Assembly: GCA_047601445.1 (NCBI GenBank)
Contig: JASGJH010000001.1
Coordinates: 6,400,001 to 6,464,000 of the forward strand
Length of the DNA stretch: 64,000 nt
Source: Myxococcales bacterium
GTDB taxonomy: Bacteria; Myxococcota_A; Polyangia; Polyangiales; DASUME01
Reading direction: 5' to 3'
The notes beneath the pieces are model-generated. The model saw nothing but the letters and a program-made list of their open reading frames with translations, was not told the DNA's origin and made no database searches. Position 1 is the stretch's first letter. Each line of letters opens with the position of its first letter. Made by a program: the position numbers and the translations under genes. Positions 11,416 through 22,302 of the stretch are shown in pieces.

Positions 11416-13092
11416 GTGAGCCGAACGTCGTACGTGCAGACCACCCACGAGGTCTTCAACCAGCCCACGCCGCGCCAGGACTTCGACGCCTTCGCCAACG
11501 ATGCGGCCCTGGTGGAGGGCGTGCGGCGCGAGGCCCCGGAGTGGGTGGAGGCCAGGGTTTCCCCCTACGGGGCCGTGGTGGGCAGCGCGCGCGTGCAGAC
11601 CTGGGCCGCGCAGGCCAACAAGTTTGCGCCCGAGCTGCGGAGCCACGATCGCTATGGACATCGCGTGGACGAGGTGGACTACCACCCGGCCTATCATGAG
11701 CTGATGCGCGAGGCGATGGCGCACGAGGTGCACTCCCTCACCTGGACCCAGGGGGCGCGCGAGGAGCGGGGAGGTCACGTCGCCCACGCCGCGTTGCTCT
11801 ATCTTCATGCGCAGGCCGAGCCAGGCACCAGCTGCCCATTGACGATGACCCACGCGAGTGTGCCCGCGCTGCGCGCGCAACCCGAGTTGGCCGCGCTGTG
11901 GGAGCCGCGCCTATGTGGAACGGACTACGATCCGCGCTGTATCCCCGCGTCCGACAAGAAGAGCGCGACCATCGGAATGGCCATGACCGAGAAGCAGGGT
12001 GGCTCCGACGTGCGCGCCAACACCACGCGCGCCCAGCCCATCGACCTACCCGGACCTGGCCACGCCTACGAGCTCACCGGGCACAAATGGTTTTGCTCGG
12101 CACCCATGAGCGATGCCTTTCTGACCCTGGCGCAGACCCACCATGGCCTGTCGTGCTTTTTGGTGCCTCGCTTCTTGCCCGACGGAAACCGCAATCGCTT
12201 CTTGATCCAGCGGCTCAAGGACAAGCTCGGCAACCGCTCCAATGCCTCGAGCGAGATCGAGTACGACCGCACCTTCGCGCAGCTCGTGGGCGAGGAGGGG
12301 CGCGGCGTGCCCACCATCATCCAGATGGTCGCCCAAACCCGTGTGGACTGCGCAGCGGGCTCGGCGGGGCTCATGCGTAAGGCGCTCTGCGAGGCCATCC
12401 ACCACAGCCGTGAGCGCAGCGCGTTCGGCAAGCGGCTCTCGGAGCATGCTTTGATGCAGAGCGTGCTCGCGGACATGGCGCTCGAAGTGGAGGCCGCCAC
12501 CGCGCTGTTCTTGCGGGTTGCGCGCAGCTACGACGACGGGCGCACCAAGGAGATGGAGCGCGTGCTGGCCCGCTCGGCGACGCCGATCGCCAAGTATTGG
12601 GTCACCCACCGCACCCCGCGCCTCACCTTCGAGGCCATGGAGTGTCTGGGTGGCGCGGGCTACGTGGAGGAGAGCGGTCTGCCGCTCCTGTATCGCGAGG
12701 CCCCTGTGAACAGCATCTGGGAGGGCTCGGGCAACGTGCAGTGCTTGGACGTGCTGCGCGCGCTCGGTCGCGATCCGGCCGCGCTCGAAGCCTTGCTCGG
12801 AGAACTCGACGAGGCACGTGGCGCGGATGCCACGCTCGATGCGGTGATCAGCGAGCTCAAGCACGCCTTTCCCGACGTGACGCAGCTGACGTCCCTCGAG
12901 GCCCGCGCGCGCTACCTGGTGGAGCGCTTTGCGCTAACGCTCGCGGCGAGCCTGTTGTTTCGACACGCGCCCGAGTTCGTGGCGAGCGCCTTTTGCGCGA
13001 CGCGCCTCGGGGGCCAGGGCGGGGCTGAATACGGGGCGTTTTCGGCCAATATCGAGAGCGAGCACATCATCGAGCGCGCGCTCGCGGGCTGA
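11416..13092 (+). CDS. aidB: AidB-like acyl-CoA dehydrogenase
   Basis: THEVFNQP start, CPLTMT, MTEKQGGSDVRANTT, KLGNRSNASSE, WEGSGNVQCLDVLRAL. GGAAGGA upstream of GTG. Confidence 0.88.
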   Translation: MSRTSYVQTTHEVFNQPTPRQDFDAFANDAALVEGVRREAPEWVEARVSPYGAVVGSARVQTWAAQANKFAPELRSHDRYGHRVDEVDYHPAYHELMREAMAHEVHSLTWTQGAREERGGHVAHAALLYLHAQAEPGTSCPLTMTHASVPALRAQPELAALWEPRLCGTDYDPRCIPASDKKSATIGMAMTEKQGGSDVRANTTRAQPIDLPGPGHAYELTGHKWFCSAPMSDAFLTLAQTHHGLSCFLVPRFLPDGNRNRFLIQRLKDKLGNRSNASSEIEYDRTFAQLVGEEGRGVPTIIQMVAQTRVDCAAGSAGLMRKALCEAIHHSRERSAFGKRLSEHALMQSVLADMALEVEAATALFLRVARSYDDGRTKEMERVLARSATPIAKYWVTHRTPRLTFEAMECLGGAGYVEESGLPLLYREAPVNSIWEGSGNVQCLDVLRALGRDPAALEALLGELDEARGADATLDAVISELKHAFPDVTQLTSLEARARYLVERFALTLAASLLFRHAPEFVASAFCATRLGGQGGAEYGAFSANIESEHIIERALAG

Positions 13093-13223
13093 GCTGCGAA
13101 AGAAGACACAGCGTGAGCGCGGCCAACCGCGTAAAACAGCCGGCGGCGTTCTTGGCCTGCTCGGATGATGCGTTAAATTCTACACAAGACCGGAGGAGGC
13201 GAGACACGGCAGAGGAGGCACAT

Positions 13224-13946
13224 ATGCTGTTTCGAGATCGCCACGACGCGGGTCGCCAGCTCGCCCAAAAGCTTGCGCCGCTTGCCGAGCATCATCCCGT
13301 CGTGCTCGCGCTGCCGCGGGGAGGAGTACCGGTCGCTTACGAGATCGCGCAGTCCCTGCACGCGCCGCTCGATGTGCTCGTCGCGCGCAAGCTGGGTGCG
13401 CCCGGGCACAAGGAATTTGGCATCGGAGCCGTGGCCGAAGGGGGCGGTCGCTACATCCATCCCGACACCTCGGCGATCCTTTCCGTGACGCCGGCCTACC
13501 TCGAGCGCGTCGAACGCGAGGAACGCGCCGAGCTGGAGCGACGCGTGCGAACCTATCGGGCAGGCGAGCCGCCCATCGATTGTCGGGGACGTCTCGTGAT
13601 CCTGGTCGATGATGGCCTCGCCACGGGGGCCACGATCCACGCCGCGCTGCGCTCGGTGCGCAAACAAGCTCCTATGTCCGTGGTGCTGGCCGTACCCGTT
13701 TGCGAGCCGGAGGCTGCTCGCGCGCTCGAGGATGCCGTCGAAGAGGTCGTGTGCACCTGGTCGCCGCTGGAGTTCAGTTCGGTAAGTCAGTGGTACGACG
13801 ACTTCGAGCAGACGTCGGACGACGAGGTCGTCTTGCTGCTTGCGCGCGCACGAAGTGAATACCAGGCGCGCTTGCAGGGCATGCGGAAGGCTGCCGAGCG
13901 GGCGCGAATCCCCGGAGTCCAGCACGGTGATCGCCAGCGGCGCTAG
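13224..13946 (+). CDS. Phosphoribosyltransferase family protein
   Basis: LFRDRHDAG, ALPRGGVPV, PRPP motif LVDDGLATGAT; GAGGAGG SD. Confidence 0.9.
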   Translation: MLFRDRHDAGRQLAQKLAPLAEHHPVVLALPRGGVPVAYEIAQSLHAPLDVLVARKLGAPGHKEFGIGAVAEGGGRYIHPDTSAILSVTPAYLERVEREERAELERRVRTYRAGEPPIDCRGRLVILVDDGLATGATIHAALRSVRKQAPMSVVLAVPVCEPEAARALEDAVEEVVCTWSPLEFSSVSQWYDDFEQTSDDEVVLLLARARSEYQARLQGMRKAAERARIPGVQHGDRQRR

Positions 13947-14348
13947 AGGGCTTTACCCGTGGCTACCGCACGTGAGGCGAGCTGTTTCGTTGGCGGGGGG
14001 GGTAGACCGCGGTTCGAACCGTGTAGCGCAGAGAACGGCGCCTGCCCCAACACCGCTGGCGGGGTGAGCGGGTGCATCGCCGCGTACTGTTTTTCACGAC
14101 GCTCGTTGCAGGGACTCGCCGCAGCGGTAGCGAGTGGGCATAAGACCAAGGGCGCGGGAGAGAGCTCGGTCATTTCCCTCTCGCTGTCGCCGACGAGCAC
14201 TCGCTTGACCGTCAAGTTGAAGGCGCAACCCGTGGCCCATCCGGACCGCGTATTGCTCGGCTTCGAGCGGCCTGGTCTCGGCGAGACCCTGAAGACCTGC
14301 AGCCTGAAGGTGGTCGCCAGACCTCGCTCTAAAGCGCCGATAAGCCCC

Positions 14349-14771
14349 TCAGCGCTTGCCCGGCACGTCGTGCAACAGCCGGCTGTGCGCCAGTCGCGCC
14401 CGCTCGTCGGCAGGCATCTTGTCGGCGGTGTCGACCAACACCTGATGCAGCTTGAGCTGGCCCGCGGCGGTGACGTTGCGCAAGTTGCTCAGGGCATCGA
14501 CCAGGGCTTGCTTGTCGAAGGGTTCACGGGTGAGGGCGGCGGCCACGGCTTCGCGCGCTTCCAGGACCTCGCGGCGCTGCGCGCGGAGCTCGGGCGCGTG
14601 GGAACCGAACATGTGCATGCCCTTGCCGGGACCCATCCCTCCATGGGCGAGCTGCCCGGGTGGCGGCCCCTTGGGACCGAACCAGCGCGCTGCCCCGAAA
14701 CCTAGCAAGAACAGGTTGAGCCCGAGCGAAACGGCGAGCGCCCAAACCAGCTTTTTGATCGGCGGATTCAC
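14349..14771 (-). CDS. Periplasmic heavy-metal sensor / Spy-CpxP-like protein
   Basis: N-terminal TM SLGLNLFLLG, His/Met-rich segment, helical repeats ending PADERARL. Confidence 0.75.
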   Translation of the reverse strand: MNPPIKKLVWALAVSLGLNLFLLGFGAARWFGPKGPPPGQLAHGGMGPGKGMHMFGSHAPELRAQRREVLEAREAVAAALTREPFDKQALVDALSNLRNVTAAGQLKLHQVLVDTADKMPADERARLAHSRLLHDVPGKR

Positions 14772-15295
14772 TTTGCGTCTCCTTCAAGCCGCTCTCCTTC
14801 GAATTGCCCGAGGTCGGTCACCAGCTCGTCCCCGAGCGCCAGGGCGCCGAACTCGGACAGCGCGGCGCTCTCGCTGGTCGTGCTCGCATCATCGCCGACG
14901 TCATCGAGCCTCGCATTGAGCGCGCTCTCCTGGTGCTGCGCGCCCGTGATCACGCCCAGGACCAGGGCCGCCGCAGCCGCCAGAGCCGCCCACAGGTTGG
15001 CCCGCTTCGGGAGCAGCACCACCACCTGGCCTCGCTGTGCTTCGCGCTCCGGAATCGAGCGCAAGCGGCGTTCGAGGCGAGGGGAGGGCATGAGCGCCTG
15101 GGGTTCGTCCGCGAGCAAGGCGTCGAGCTCCGCGGCTTCACGCCAGGCGGCGTTGGCGGTCTCCGAGCTCGCGAGCAAGGCCTGCACCGCCGCGCGCTCG
15201 GACTCCGGGATGCGCTCCAGGTTCGCGCCATAGCTGTCCACCAGCGCGCGCAGGCGCTCCAGTGAGATTTTCCTGGGTGTTTGCTCGTTGCTCAT
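14768..15295 (-). CDS. Putative membrane anti-sigma factor
   Basis: LVDSYGANLERIPESER motif and one TM helix; overlaps the stop codon of the ECF gene. Confidence 0.7.
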   Translation of the reverse strand: MSNEQTPRKISLERLRALVDSYGANLERIPESERAAVQALLASSETANAAWREAAELDALLADEPQALMPSPRLERRLRSIPEREAQRGQVVVLLPKRANLWAALAAAAALVLGVITGAQHQESALNARLDDVGDDASTTSESAALSEFGALALGDELVTDLGQFEGERLEGDAK

Positions 15296-15843
15296 CCTGC
15301 CTGCTCCCCGGCCAAGCTCGAAAGTCGTTCCCGCAAGGTGCGGCGTGCCCGCGAAAGCAGGGACTCCAGCGCCTCCACGGAGACCTGCAGAATCTCGGCC
15401 GCCTCCACGTTGGTGAGGCCCTCGAAGTGCACCAAGCTCAGCGCGGCGCGCTGCCGCTCGGGTAGGGTGCCGACCTCGTCGTGGACCCGCTGCGCCCGCG
15501 TGCGCACCAGGAGCTCGCGGCTCGGGCGCTCTTCGGAGGGCAGCCCATCGAGCGCGTCGGCATCCGTCTTCTTGCGCGAGCGCAGGGCGTCCACGCACAG
15601 GTTGTGCACGATGCGGTGCAGAAAGGTGCCGAGGCGCGCCTCGGGGCGATACGTCGCCGCGTTCTTCCAGAGTCTGAGGAATGCTTCCTGCACCATGTCC
15701 TCCGCTTCACTCGCATCCCGCAGCATGCGCCTGGCGTGCGCGGTGATGGACGGCGCATGACGCGCGGTCAGCGTGCGAAAAGCCTCCGCATCGCCGCGCG
15801 CCACGCGCTCCATCAACAGGTGATCGTCCTCTGGGTGTTGCAA
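15292..15843 (-). CDS. ECF sigma factor
   Basis: EAEDMVQEAFLRLW (region 2) and LPERQRAALSL...ALESLLSRARRTLR (region 4). Confidence 0.93.
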   Translation of the reverse strand: MQHPEDDHLLMERVARGDAEAFRTLTARHAPSITAHARRMLRDASEAEDMVQEAFLRLWKNAATYRPEARLGTFLHRIVHNLCVDALRSRKKTDADALDGLPSEERPSRELLVRTRAQRVHDEVGTLPERQRAALSLVHFEGLTNVEAAEILQVSVEALESLLSRARRTLRERLSSLAGEQAG

Positions 15844-15891
15844 CGTGGACTCGGCTCGATGAATCTAGCGTGTCCCGTGGGCTCGCACCGC

Positions 15892-16530
15892 TCACAGGCT
15901 CTTGGTTGTGGCGGCGCCGGGGCCGCGACCGTGACCCTGACCGTGTTCGCCCTTGTCACAGCGGCCATGGCCATCGGACGCCATGAACGCCTGGGCCTCC
16001 TCGCGCGTGACCTTGCCGTCCTTGTTGGTGTCGAACTTGGTCAGCATCTCCTTGGCCTTGGCCAGCGCCTCCGCCTTGGTGACGACACCGTCGCCGTCGC
16101 TGTCGCCGCGCATGCCCTTGTCCCCGTGCTTGCCCTTGTGATGGCCAGGGCCGAAGGCCTGCATCTCCACCTGGCTCAGGCCGCCGCTCTTGTCGGTGTC
16201 GAGCTTGGTGAAGAACTCCTCGGGCATCCGCGGAACCTCGCTGCGCTCGAGCACCCCGTTGTCATTGGCGTCGCGGTCGGAGAAGTGCTCGTCGCGCTTG
16301 CGCTCGTGCGCGGCCTTACGCTCGTCCGCGGTGACCTTTCCGTCCTTGTTGGCATCCGCCTCACTGAAGTGGGCCAGTGCGGCAGCTTCCGCTTCCTGGC
16401 TGGTCACCACACCGTCGCCATTGGTGTCGAACTTTTCGAAGCGGCCCCCGTGCCCGGGTTGGGCTGCGGCGAGGCTCGCGCCGGTGAGGGTGCAAATCGC
16501 CGTAATCATGAGCCAACTGTTCTTCGTCAT
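15892..16530 (-). CDS. Secreted multi-EF-hand protein
   Basis: Signal peptide plus six Dx[ND]x[DNS]G(x)5E loops, e.g. DTNGDGVVTSQE, DANKDGKVTADE, DTNKDGKVTREE. Confidence 0.9.
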   Translation of the reverse strand: MTKNSWLMITAICTLTGASLAAAQPGHGGRFEKFDTNGDGVVTSQEAEAAALAHFSEADANKDGKVTADERKAAHERKRDEHFSDRDANDNGVLERSEVPRMPEEFFTKLDTDKSGGLSQVEMQAFGPGHHKGKHGDKGMRGDSDGDGVVTKAEALAKAKEMLTKFDTNKDGKVTREEAQAFMASDGHGRCDKGEHGQGHGRGPGAATTKSL

Positions 16531-16559
16531 GAGCTTCTTTCCTGCCTTCCTGCCTGGTC

Positions 16560-16587
16560 AAACGGGGCACCCGGCAGGTTCCGTCGC
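16560..16587 (-). promoter_or_regulatory. Candidate ECF-dependent promoter of the EF-hand/ECF operon
   Basis: Minus strand GACGG-N16-CGTTT about 30 nt upstream of the EF-hand start; resembles ECF -35/-10 architecture. Confidence 0.35.
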
Positions 16588-16733
16588 GGCCATCGAACTT
16601 TTTTTCGCGACCAATGTGGGCATGGGTTTAGGGGAGGGGCATTTGCCTTCCCCCCCACCCATCGCGAGGTTCGCTGCGCTCACGCGTGCGCACACCTTGC
16701 GGCCGCGCCCATGAGTCCTAAAGCTGGCCCCTT

Positions 16734-18665
16734 ATGAAGCGCCTGCGTCTGGTCCAACTGCCCGTGCCCCAACCGGCGGCGTTGGCGGCCACCGGAAATG
16801 TCCCGCTCGCGGCGGGTTGTCTCGGTGTCTCGGCGCGCGTGCACGGCCTGGCCGAGCGCGGGCTCTCCATCGAGGTGGTGCCGCCCGCCGTGACCGACTG
16901 CTACGGCGACACGCTGCTCGCCGATTACATCGCGCGAGACGAGCCCGAGTTCGTGGGCTTCTCGCTGTACCTGTGGAACGTGGAGCGCAGTCTGCACCTG
17001 GCGCGCGAGGTGAAGCGGCGCTCGCCGCGCAGCAAGATCTTGGTGGGCGGTCCCGAGGTCGGCGCCGACAACCCGTTCGTGCTCGCGCAGCAGGGCTTCG
17101 ACATCGCCGTGACCGGAGAGGCCGAAGACACGTTTGCCCGCGTGATGTCGACGTTGCTCGAGGGCGGCGACGTGAAGGGGATGCCCGGAGTCGCGGTGCG
17201 CAGCTTGCTCGGGCTCGGCCCGTTCGGCCCGGCTCCCACTACGAACTTCCCCCTGACCGACTATCCGTCGCCATACCTGCAAGGCCTGGTGCCCGTGGAG
17301 GCTCAGCGCTCCACCTACGTGGAGACCGTGCGTGGCTGTCGCTCGCATTGCGCCTTTTGCTTCTACCCGCGCAGCAGCAACGTGCTGCGCGTGCTCGACG
17401 TGGAGCGCAGCGCCCAGCTGTTCGCCTCGCTGCGTGAGCGCGGCGCGCGCGAGATCGTGTTTCTCGACCCTACCTTCAACCATCGTCCCGACTTCGAGCC
17501 CCTGCTCGACGCCCTCGCCCGCGTGAACGCCGACCGCGCCGTGTCTTGCTTCGGCGAGGTGCGCGCCGAGGGGTTGACCCCGGATCATGCGGCGCGCCTG
17601 GCCCGCGCCGGCTTCACCAAGCTGGAGATCGGGCTGCAGTCCGTGAACCGCGAGACGCTCAAGCGCGTGAAGCGTGGCGGCAGCCCGGAGAAGGTGGCAG
17701 GCGCCGCCAAAATGCTGCGCGAAGAGGGCATCGACCTCTTGATCGATTTGATCATCGGCTTGCCGGGCGACACGGCCGACGACGTGGCACGCGGTGTGGA
17801 TTTCTTGCTCGAGAACGGGCTCGGCGATCAAGCCCAGGTGTTCATCCTGTCGCTGCTCCCGGGCACGGCCCTGCGCGCCTCGGCGGCCCAGGACGGCTTG
17901 ACCTACGATCCCGCGCCGCCTTACCGAGTGCAGAGCACCGCCACGCTCGATCGTGAGGCCCTGAGCCGCTGCCTGTTCGACGCCGAGGAGGCGCTCGGGC
18001 GCCGCCTCGATGAGTTGCCGCGACCGCACCTGGTGGCCCAGGCGGGCGATCCCGAGGACGTGTTCGAAGTGGATCTCGATGCTCCCTTCAGCTTGCACAG
18101 GCTCGAGCGTCCGGGCGCGCAGCACGTGGCGCTCTGGCTCAAGGGCCGTGACCTGTTCGCGCGCCGCGACGTGTGCATGCGCGCGCTCGATCTGCGCCTC
18201 GGTGTGGATCCGTATGCCACCATCGACGTGGTGCTGCGTCCCGAGCAGCCGTTCCCGCTCGACCTGATCGATGTGTTGCGCGCGCGTCTGGCCGGCGCCA
18301 CGCCCTCCTATGCGTCGCGAGCCCTGGCCCATCGGGGCGAGAACCTGCAGCGTCGTGTGTGCGTGGTGCTGCCCCAGGGCGTGAACTTTCCGGCGGACTG
18401 GCTCTCGGCGCTGCGCGACGAGGTACCGGTGTACCGCGAGCAGACGGCGCGCGAGGCCGTGGCGCACGCGGCGCAGCTCGGAGAGGAACGCGAAGCAGCG
18501 CGTATCCTCGATACCCAGGTGAGCTCCGAGCAGTGGTCGCAGCTGCTCGCGCATGCGGAACCGGCGGCCGTGGCGTTTGCGCAGCGGGATCACGAGGCGG
18601 CCTGGGTGCGCGGCGTGGTCGAGGCGCCGTCGGCGCTCCACGCGAGCAGCGCGCTGCTCGCGTGA
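16734..18665 (+). CDS. B12-binding domain radical SAM protein
   Basis: B12 domain (VGFSLYLWN, ILVGGPE, TGEAE), CxxxCxxC in RGCRSHCAFC, EIGLQS, IIGLPGD. Confidence 0.92.
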   Translation: MKRLRLVQLPVPQPAALAATGNVPLAAGCLGVSARVHGLAERGLSIEVVPPAVTDCYGDTLLADYIARDEPEFVGFSLYLWNVERSLHLAREVKRRSPRSKILVGGPEVGADNPFVLAQQGFDIAVTGEAEDTFARVMSTLLEGGDVKGMPGVAVRSLLGLGPFGPAPTTNFPLTDYPSPYLQGLVPVEAQRSTYVETVRGCRSHCAFCFYPRSSNVLRVLDVERSAQLFASLRERGAREIVFLDPTFNHRPDFEPLLDALARVNADRAVSCFGEVRAEGLTPDHAARLARAGFTKLEIGLQSVNRETLKRVKRGGSPEKVAGAAKMLREEGIDLLIDLIIGLPGDTADDVARGVDFLLENGLGDQAQVFILSLLPGTALRASAAQDGLTYDPAPPYRVQSTATLDREALSRCLFDAEEALGRRLDELPRPHLVAQAGDPEDVFEVDLDAPFSLHRLERPGAQHVALWLKGRDLFARRDVCMRALDLRLGVDPYATIDVVLRPEQPFPLDLIDVLRARLAGATPSYASRALAHRGENLQRRVCVVLPQGVNFPADWLSALRDEVPVYREQTAREAVAHAAQLGEEREAARILDTQVSSEQWSQLLAHAEPAAVAFAQRDHEAAWVRGVVEAPSALHASSALLA

Positions 18666-18698
18666 GCTCAGGGCAGCATCGATAGGCTCAGCGAGCGC

Positions 18699-20879
<2,181 letters not shown>

Positions 20880-20979
20880 CTGCGGCCAATTTCGCGCTGG
20901 GCATCACCCTACGCAAGATTCACAGCGCTCACCAAGTAGTTCGATGCGCGCGCTGTGAGGGCCCCTGAACGGATTGCCT

Positions 20980-21966
20980 TCAGCCGAGCATGTCCTTGAC
21001 GGTGTCGCGCTCACCGACGAGTTCCTCGTTGGTCGCGGCGATCTTGCTCTTGGCGAAGTCGTCCATGTCCTTGGCGGCAAGGATCTCGTAGCCGCTGGCC
21101 GTGGTCTTGACCGGCACGCCGGCCCACACGCCCTCGTTGAATCCGTTGGAACCGTCGCTGTACACTGCCACCGAGTGCACCGTTCCGGGACGGGTGAGGT
21201 CACGCACGTGGTCGATCAGAGCGCTGCCCGCCGAGGCCGCCGAGCTGAGGCCGCGCGCCGCGATGATCTCGGCGCCACGCTTGCCCACCTTGGGGAGGAA
21301 CTCGTTCTTGAGCCACGCCTCGTCCTTGATGACGCTGGTCACGGGCTTGCCCTGGATCTTGGCGTGGGTGAAGTCGGCGAACATCGTCGGGCTGTGATTG
21401 CCGTAGATGTAGATGTCCGAGACGTCGGTCACCGCGACGTTGGCCTTCTTGGCGAGCTGCGCGGCGGCGCGGTTCTGGTCGAGGCGCACCATGGCCGTGA
21501 AGCGCTCCTTGGGAAGACGCTTGGCCTGAGCGGCGGCGATCATCGTGTTCGTGTTGCAGGGGTTGCCCACCACGGCCACGCGGCAATCGTCAGCCGCCAC
21601 CTCGTCGATGGCCTTGCCCTGACCGATGAAGATCTTGCCGTTGTCCTTGAGCAGGTCGGCGCGCTCCATGCCGGGGCCGCGCGGCTTCGAACCCACCAGG
21701 AGGGCCCAGTTCACGTCCTTGAACGCGACCTTGGGATCATCCGTGAGCACGATGTCCTGCAAGAGCGGGAACGCACAGTCGTCGAGCTCCATGGCCACGC
21801 CCTTGAGCGCCTGCTGGGCCTTCTCCACCGGGATCTCGAGGAGCTGCAGGATGATGGGCTGATCGGCGCCGAGCATTTCGCCGGCGGCAATGCGGAAAAG
21901 GAGGCTGTAGCCGATGTTTCCGGCGGCTCCGGTGACTGCTACGCGGATGGGTTTCTTGCTGGTCAT
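20980..21966 (-). CDS. mdh: Malate dehydrogenase
   Basis: [44 protein letters not shown]. Confidence 0.97.
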   Translation of the reverse strand: MTSKKPIRVAVTGAAGNIGYSLLFRIAAGEMLGADQPIILQLLEIPVEKAQQALKGVAMELDDCAFPLLQDIVLTDDPKVAFKDVNWALLVGSKPRGPGMERADLLKDNGKIFIGQGKAIDEVAADDCRVAVVGNPCNTNTMIAAAQAKRLPKERFTAMVRLDQNRAAAQLAKKANVAVTDVSDIYIYGNHSPTMFADFTHAKIQGKPVTSVIKDEAWLKNEFLPKVGKRGAEIIAARGLSSAASAGSALIDHVRDLTRPGTVHSVAVYSDGSNGFNEGVWAGVPVKTTASGYEILAAKDMDDFAKSKIAATNEELVGERDTVKDMLG

Positions 21967-22302
21967 CTGGTGAACTCCAATGGCTCTGCTTCAAAGCTCG
22001 TTGGCCCGAGCGCTCTCGTCGACTTCGGCGGAGAACAGCCGCGATCTACCAAAGCCCGCCCAAGGTGCCACCCGGTAAAGTGTGGGACACCGGCGCACAA
22101 ACGGGAAAATGCGAGAAATCGGCCATGTGCGGAGACGGGTGCGGTGGCCGCGGCGGTGGCGGTTGTCCGAGAGGACCGTGGCTGGGGGACTGGCGCCGGC
22201 TGTCGGCCCATGCGCTGCTCCCGTTTGGCGAGACCCCTGGCCGCGGGACGGCGGCCGGATGGCCGCTCGGTCGCTGGCTGATGGGCGGCTACCTCCGACC
22301 GG

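Noticed and set aside
14050..14300. Cobalamin riboswitch (ACTGT ... GAAGACCTGC)
   Set aside because: The AGGGAA/GGTG-AA-TCC core is missing and no gene follows on that strand.
13991..14348. tmRNA or tRNA on the minus strand
   Set aside because: Size, GGGGCT start and CCA end are suggestive, but the acceptor stem does not pair, there is no G3:U70, and the T-loop is 6 nt.
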